Positions 58,666 to 64,000 of a stretch of 64,000 bases of DNA are shown here, in pieces; the stretch's first letter is position 1; the number at the start of each line of letters is the position of its first letter. The notes beneath the pieces are model-generated. The model had not been told where the DNA came from, searched no databases, and saw only the letters and a list, made by a program, of their open reading frames with translations. The position numbers and the translations under genes were made by a program. Source of the DNA: Bacteroidales bacterium (GTDB taxonomy: Bacteria > Bacteroidota > Bacteroidia > Bacteroidales > GCA-2748055); the NCBI GenBank assembly GCA_016936975.1, contig JAFGWU010000014.1, forward strand, positions 23,529 to 87,528, written 5' to 3'.

Positions 58666-59343
58666 ATGGATGCGAAACGTTCAAGCCGGAATTTAATGAA
58701 ACTCCCGGAGCCGACAGTGGAACGCCTGAGTGAATACCGTAGATCTTTACTGCAGTGCCTGGAACAGGGGAAAACACATATCTTTTCCCACGAACTGGCA
58801 ACACTGCATCACAACACTGCCGTACAGGTCAGGCGTGATATTATGTTCATCGGCTATTCAACCAATCAGCGAAAGGGGTATGACGTCAGGGAGCTCATTG
58901 ATGTCATAGGGAGTATACTCGATTCCGGAAAATCGCTTAATATTGCAGTAGTGGGAATGGGAAATCTTGGGAGTGCCATTACAGCCTATTTTTTGGGAAA
59001 ACGCTCAAAAATGGATATCGTTGCTTCCTTTGATGTGGATCCCCAAAAGGTCAACAGGGAGTTCTCGGGGATTCTGTGCCATCCCATGAGTGCATTGAAA
59101 GACATCATCCGGGAGATGAACATTTCCATTGCCATTATGACGGTTCCGGCCGACTCGGCTGTTGAGGTTGCCAATCTGCTTGATGAAGCCGGTATTAAAG
59201 GAATCCTTAATTTTACCTCGATTCCTGTAAAGGTTTCCCCAAGGGTCTATCTGGAAGATTATGATATGATAACCTTCCTTGAGAAAGTAGCTTACTTTGT
59301 TAAGCATTCCACGAGGCAAAACGTATCCCCGTCAAAGATATGA
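58666..59343 (+). CDS. rex: Redox-sensing transcriptional repressor Rex
   Basis: TVERL..Y, S.ELA, QVRRD, GY, VVGMGNLG, GILNF. Confidence 0.94.
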   Translation: MDAKRSSRNLMKLPEPTVERLSEYRRSLLQCLEQGKTHIFSHELATLHHNTAVQVRRDIMFIGYSTNQRKGYDVRELIDVIGSILDSGKSLNIAVVGMGNLGSAITAYFLGKRSKMDIVASFDVDPQKVNREFSGILCHPMSALKDIIREMNISIAIMTVPADSAVEVANLLDEAGIKGILNFTSIPVKVSPRVYLEDYDMITFLEKVAYFVKHSTRQNVSPSKI

Positions 59344-59363
59344 TACCTGTAAAATAAAACACT

Positions 59364-60995
59364 ATGAAAGAACTGACTGTTATCGTGCTGCTGAGTGCTG
59401 CCATCGCAGGGGTGATGGCCGCTCCTGCGGAAAAGAATGTTGATGCCGGAATCGATCATGTGACCCTGTTTCATTCAGGAGCCCAGGTCATGCGCTCCAG
59501 TAAACCGGTTTCCCTGGAAAAGGGACAGACCCTGGTCATCATCGACGGACTGGAACAGAACCTGGTGGAAAACAGTATCCGGGTTGGGCTGGACGGAAAC
59601 GGAAAGATACTTTCCGTGGTAAAGAGAATGGATTACCTGGAGCTGGTTACGACAAACCAGAAAATTGCTGACCTTGAATTGAAGCTGGAACAGCTCCAGA
59701 ATGAAAAAGAGGAGCTTCAGCTGGGCATCAGGGTGTTTGACCTGGAAAAAACGTTGCTGATAAATAATATGAAACTGGGAAGCGAACAGCAGGGGGTTCA
59801 GATATCCGAGTTAAGGGAGGCTTCTGATTTCTACCGTTCACGCCTGACGGAGATTGAAAAGGGATTTCTGTCCGGCAATCGCACCATAAAGGATCTGGAG
59901 CTGGAGATTGCCGGAATCAGGAAACAGCTGAGTGATCTGAATTATCAAAAAAACAAACCCTCATCCACCCTTGAAGTGACGGTGGAAATGACAGCCTCAG
60001 GAAATACCAGGCTGGTGATGGATTATTACGTTCCCGAAGCCCGCTGGAGCCCGCTTTATGATATCCGGGTGGATGAAATTGGCGAACCGGTGGCCATCAT
60101 CAGGAAGGCCTCAGCATCCCAGTCAACCGGCGTCGACTGGAATAATGTGAAAGTGACCTTTTCAACCGGTAATCCAAGGGAAAGGGCTACCAAACCTGAA
60201 TTGATTCCCTGGTACCTGAGAGAAATCAGACCGGAACCAACTATTACCCTGAGGGGGATTGACGATCAGGCAGCTGCCCGGCCAACGGTAAAAAAGTCTG
60301 CTGTGACTGAAAATGTGGCAATGGAGGAAGGGATGGACATGGATTACAGCATCAGTAGCTCCATGCCGGTGGTCATTACAGGGGCAAAAAACTCCCTGCT
60401 GGAGTTCACGCTTGCTTCCCCTGCCTCCATCCCATCCGATAACAAGGAGTATACACTGGTCATCGGTTCGGTGGAGGTGGATGCGGCATATGAGTACCAT
60501 TGCGTACCCAAGCTGGATCCTTCAGCCTACCTGGTCGCAATGGTCGCCGACCGGAACCGGTATAACCTGGTAAACGGAGCGGCCAATATTTACTACGAAG
60601 GAATGTTTGTCGGGAAAACCTATATCAATGCCGCCTCAACTTATGATACCATGCAGATATCCCTGGGCAGGGACAGGGACATTATGGTTGAACGGAAGCA
60701 GTTGGAGGAATTCTCAAGCGACCGGCTGATCGGTTCGAACAGAACCATCGAATTTGCTTTCGAAAACATTATCCGCAACGGGAAAAGCCGGGAGATCATT
60801 ATGATCGTTGAGGATCAATATCCGGTCTCCACAATGAAGGACATCGAAGTGAATGCAAAAGAACACGGAAGCGGAAAATGGGACAAAATTACAGGTAAGG
60901 TTTCCTGGCGCGTTCCGGTCAAACCGGGCGAAACAGTAAAGCTTCCTTTAAATTATGCCGTTAAATATCCTTCGGAAATGCAAATAAATCTTTAA
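59364..60995 (+). CDS. DUF4139/DUF4140 domain protein
   Basis: VTLF..GAQV, coiled coil, ARWSPLYDIR, QSTGVDW, VPKLD, EDQYPVS. Confidence 0.85.
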   Translation: MKELTVIVLLSAAIAGVMAAPAEKNVDAGIDHVTLFHSGAQVMRSSKPVSLEKGQTLVIIDGLEQNLVENSIRVGLDGNGKILSVVKRMDYLELVTTNQKIADLELKLEQLQNEKEELQLGIRVFDLEKTLLINNMKLGSEQQGVQISELREASDFYRSRLTEIEKGFLSGNRTIKDLELEIAGIRKQLSDLNYQKNKPSSTLEVTVEMTASGNTRLVMDYYVPEARWSPLYDIRVDEIGEPVAIIRKASASQSTGVDWNNVKVTFSTGNPRERATKPELIPWYLREIRPEPTITLRGIDDQAAARPTVKKSAVTENVAMEEGMDMDYSISSSMPVVITGAKNSLLEFTLASPASIPSDNKEYTLVIGSVEVDAAYEYHCVPKLDPSAYLVAMVADRNRYNLVNGAANIYYEGMFVGKTYINAASTYDTMQISLGRDRDIMVERKQLEEFSSDRLIGSNRTIEFAFENIIRNGKSREIIMIVEDQYPVSTMKDIEVNAKEHGSGKWDKITGKVSWRVPVKPGETVKLPLNYAVKYPSEMQINL

Positions 60996-61014
60996 GCACA
61001 TTAATGACTGAGTA

Positions 61015-61257
61015 ATGGAAAAACGTCTGGGTTCGGTAATTATTCTTCTTGAAAACACCACCGTCACATCCCGCATTAATGCAATTATTTCGGAATATGC
61101 TCATCTTGTCCTGGGCCGCCAGGGTATTCCGTTGCACGACCGGGGAATCAGCATTATTTCTCTTGTGCTGGAGGGTAATACGGATGAAATAGGTGCCCTC
61201 ACCGGAAAATTGGGAAGAATAGCCGGGGTAAAGGTTAAATCGGTTCTGACCGGTTAA
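61015..61257 (+). CDS. TM1266-family ACT-like putative [FeFe]-hydrogenase system regulator
   Basis: GRQGIP, ISL..EG..DEIGALTGKLGRIAGVKVKS. Confidence 0.88.
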   Translation: MEKRLGSVIILLENTTVTSRINAIISEYAHLVLGRQGIPLHDRGISIISLVLEGNTDEIGALTGKLGRIAGVKVKSVLTG

Positions 61258-61353
61258 ATGTTAAAAAACATAAAAAAGTGTTAAAAGAATCTGTTTTATA
61301 CAACAAAATCTTTCCCTGAAAGTTATTTATTTTGAAAGTAATTGTTGGGGTGC

Positions 61354-61413
61354 AAGGCAAGTTGCGAATCTTTTGAGGGTTTTAGGGAGAACAGCAACTT
61401 GCCTTCTTTTTTT
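61354..61413 (+). terminator. 12-bp stem / 28-nt loop hairpin followed by a U-tract (terminator or small RNA)
   Basis: AAGGCAAGTTGC (61354-61365) and GCAACTTGCCTT (61394-61405) are perfect reverse complements, followed by CTTTTTTT. Confidence 0.65.
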
Positions 61414-61554
61414 GACCTTCCGTTCCCGTCCCTTCTTCCCGGTCTTTTCAGGTTATCCGGTATTATCAGTTTCAGCCTTATGCTATAAGACATTCCTGAT
61501 CTTTATTTAAGCTCTGCGTCCATTGTTATCTTTACACAGTAAAACATAATGTAA

Positions 61555-63627
61555 ATGGTCAACAGGCAACTTATAAATCCGGAGAGTATTGTGGTGGTGG
61601 GAGCGTCCAACAATATCCGGAAACCCGGGGGGAAACTGTTTCACAATATTCTGCATGGCAGTTTCGGCGGAGAATTATACGCGGTAAATCCGGGTGAAGA
61701 TACCATCCAGGGCAGGCCATCCTTCAGGGAGATTAAAGATTTACCCGCCACCGAGCTCGCCATACTGGCAATTCCGGCCGTCTTCTGTGCCGGGGCGGTA
61801 AAGGAGCTTGCAAGGGATAAGGGAACACGCGCATTTATTATTGTCTCCGCGGGATTTGGTGAAGAGAGCTCGGAAGGGAAAAAGATAGAAAGTGAGCTGG
61901 TGGAGATTTGTAATCGATACAATGCCTCCCTGATCGGGCCTAACTGTATCGGGGTCATGACCCCATTCTACCAGGGTGTATTTACCCTTCCCATACCGAA
62001 ACTGGATCCGAAAGGATGCGATTTTATCTCTGGGAGCGGGGCCACAGCCGTTTTTATTATGGAAGCGGGTCTTCAGAAGGGCTTAAAGTTCAACATGATT
62101 TTTTCGGTCGGCAATTCTGCTCAGCTGGGGGTGGAAGATGTGCTTCAATACCTGGATGAGACCTTCACAGAAGAGAGTTCCAGGGTTAAGATCCTCTATT
62201 TTGAATCCATAAAGGATCCCGACCGGTTGCTGAGGCATGCCACGAATCTGATCAGGAAGGGATGCCGTATCGCAGCCATAAAAGCGGGAACCTCCGATGC
62301 CGGGAGCCGGGCTGCTACCTCACATACCGGCGCGATGGCCAGTTCGGATCTGGCTGTCGACGCGCTCTTCAGGAAGGCGGGTATCATCCGTTGCTATGGT
62401 CGTGAGGAGCTGACCACCGTGGCTTCTGTGCTATCCTATCCCAAAGCCAAAGGACGGAATTTCGCCATCATAACCCATGCGGGGGGACCGGCGGTGATGC
62501 TGACCGATACCCTTGCCGAAGGGAATCTCCATGTGCCGCAAATAAAAGGAAAAAAGGCCGCTGAGTTGCTTTCACACCTGTTTCCGGGCTCTTCGGTCTC
62601 AAATCCGATCGACCTTCTGGCAACGGGAAATGCAGAACAGCTTGGTATCGCCATGGAATACTGCGAAAAATATTTCGGGGAAATCGACGGGATCATTGTC
62701 ATCTTCGGAACGCCGGGTCTTTTCCCGGTTTACGATGTGTATGACGTGCTGGACCGGAAAATGAAGCAGTGCAAAAAACCTGTCTTTCCGATATTGCCAT
62801 CCGTGACTACAGCCGCAGGAGAGATCAAAGAGTTTCAGTCAAAGGGACATATAAATTTTCCCGATGAGGTTCTGTTCGGAAGGGCGTTGAATAAAGTATA
62901 CAATACCCCGAAGCCGGCAGGAGACAAGGTCTATCTCGACGGTATCAATTTAAAGAAGGTCAGGGCGGTGATTGACAGCGCACCAGATGGTTACCTGGAT
63001 GTGGAATCGGTCTGCGCGATCCTTGACGCCGCAGGAATCTCCCGGGTCAGGGAAGAGGTGGCAACGGATCCGGATGCCCTGAAAAAGATTGCTGCGAAAT
63101 TCGGGTATCCGGTTGTGTTGAAAGTGGTGGGGCCCGTTCACAAATCGGATGTCGGAGGCGTCCTGGTCAACATCAGGGATGAGGAGACCCTGATGACGGG
63201 ATTTCAGCAAATGAAGGGCATTGAGGGCTATCAGGGAGTGTTGATTCAGCAAATGCTGGAGGGTACCGAACTGTTTATCGGGGCAAACTACGAGCCCGGA
63301 TTCGGGCATGTTGTTTTGTGCGGACTTGGCGGTATTTATGTGGAGGCGCTGAAGGATGTAACTTCCGGGCTGGCACCCCTCTCGGTCACAGAGGCAGGCA
63401 AAATGATCCGGTCCCTCAAAAGTGCCAGAATACTGGATGGTACCAGAGGTAAGGAGGGTGTGAACAAGGATCTGTTCGCCGAGGCACTGGTCAGGATCTC
63501 ATCCCTGCTCCGCTATGCCACCGAAATTGTGGAGATGGACCTGAACCCGCTGATTGGACGGCCTGAGGCAGTAACGGTTGTGGATGCCCGTATCCGTGTT
63601 GAAAAAAAGAAAAAAAAGGCTCTATAA
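61555..63627 (+). CDS. ADP-forming acyl-CoA synthetase (fused alpha/beta acetate--CoA ligase family)
   Basis: VVGAS, SAGFGE, GPNCIG, SHTGA (phospho-His), NPID, HKSDVGGV ATP-grasp, EMDLNP. Confidence 0.92.
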   Translation: MVNRQLINPESIVVVGASNNIRKPGGKLFHNILHGSFGGELYAVNPGEDTIQGRPSFREIKDLPATELAILAIPAVFCAGAVKELARDKGTRAFIIVSAGFGEESSEGKKIESELVEICNRYNASLIGPNCIGVMTPFYQGVFTLPIPKLDPKGCDFISGSGATAVFIMEAGLQKGLKFNMIFSVGNSAQLGVEDVLQYLDETFTEESSRVKILYFESIKDPDRLLRHATNLIRKGCRIAAIKAGTSDAGSRAATSHTGAMASSDLAVDALFRKAGIIRCYGREELTTVASVLSYPKAKGRNFAIITHAGGPAVMLTDTLAEGNLHVPQIKGKKAAELLSHLFPGSSVSNPIDLLATGNAEQLGIAMEYCEKYFGEIDGIIVIFGTPGLFPVYDVYDVLDRKMKQCKKPVFPILPSVTTAAGEIKEFQSKGHINFPDEVLFGRALNKVYNTPKPAGDKVYLDGINLKKVRAVIDSAPDGYLDVESVCAILDAAGISRVREEVATDPDALKKIAAKFGYPVVLKVVGPVHKSDVGGVLVNIRDEETLMTGFQQMKGIEGYQGVLIQQMLEGTELFIGANYEPGFGHVVLCGLGGIYVEALKDVTSGLAPLSVTEAGKMIRSLKSARILDGTRGKEGVNKDLFAEALVRISSLLRYATEIVEMDLNPLIGRPEAVTVVDARIRVEKKKKKAL

Positions 63628-63703
63628 CACATCCCTGTTATGCTGTTCGACATGAACGGTTTTATTGCTTATTGATAATTTGGGTGCTCGTTAATGAAAG
63701 GCT

Positions 63704-64000
63704 ATGAAGAGGACACCGATAGATGAAAAGGTTGTAAACGAGGTTATAGAACGATTCGGCATTCGCCCTGCCGGAAAAGGGACCATTCGTGAGATCGTGA
63801 AGATAGTCAATGATATTGAAGAGATTACCGGGGAGGAATTCGTGCGGATGGAGATGGGGGTACCCGGTCTGGATCCCACCTTTGTTGGCACCGAAGCAGA
63901 AATGATTGCGCTTCGGAAGGGGGTCGCTTCAAAATATCCCAATATAGAAGGGATCAAACCCCTGAAAGAGGAGACCGCACGCTTTATCCGGCTATTTCTG
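63704..64000 (+). CDS. PLP-dependent aminotransferase (class I/II-like), N-terminal part; truncated by the window end and absent from the ORF track
   Basis: ATG at 63704 opens MKRTPIDEKVV...TIREIV...FVRMEMGVPGL...GVASKYPNIEGIKPLKEE, running off the window. Confidence 0.75.
   Translation, partial: MKRTPIDEKVVNEVIERFGIRPAGKGTIREIVKIVNDIEEITGEEFVRMEMGVPGLDPTFVGTEAEMIALRKGVASKYPNIEGIKPLKEETARFIRLFL

Noticed and set aside
1..64000. tRNA, rRNA, IS/transposase, integrase or prophage genes
   Set aside because: None were recognised, and nearly all of the sequence is accounted for by the listed CDSs and short intergenic regions.

Overview
A 64 kb chromosomal window from a Bacteroidota organism, most likely an anaerobic Bacteroidales. 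The assignment rests on the SusC/SusD pair, T9SS C-terminal domains, TAnnTTTG promoter boxes, and the fhs, flavodiiron, Rex and TM1266-type genes. From left to right the window holds: a DUF6057-like membrane protein paired with a TolB-like CxxCH lipoprotein; fhs; a 21-bp higher-order tandem array; a secreted GH31; a pectin/rhamnogalacturonan-type PUL (GH106, oligogalacturonate-lyase-like, GH105, SusC/D); a methyltransferase; a 10-gene minus-strand operon; a HEAT / transmembrane STAND-WD40 / beta-barrel / lipoprotein / large T9SS-cargo cluster; and housekeeping genes (fprA, psd, cdsA, ftsH, rsfS, birA, pyrE, coaD, lon, rex, ADP-forming acyl-CoA synthetase, partial aminotransferase). The standout is the 10-gene operon at 21942-33329. 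It joins the leucine/isovalerate degradation genes (MCC beta, methylglutaconyl-CoA hydratase, MCC alpha, acyl-CoA dehydrogenase) directly to the mevalonate genes (IDI-2, HMG-CoA reductase, GYDIA kinase, MvaD, MVK). It has no HMG-CoA lyase, HMG-CoA synthase or thiolase, so it is a candidate dedicated leucine/isovalerate-to-isoprenoid pathway. I saw no rRNA, tRNA, CRISPR array or transposase. All family assignments come from motif recognition by eye, not database searches.
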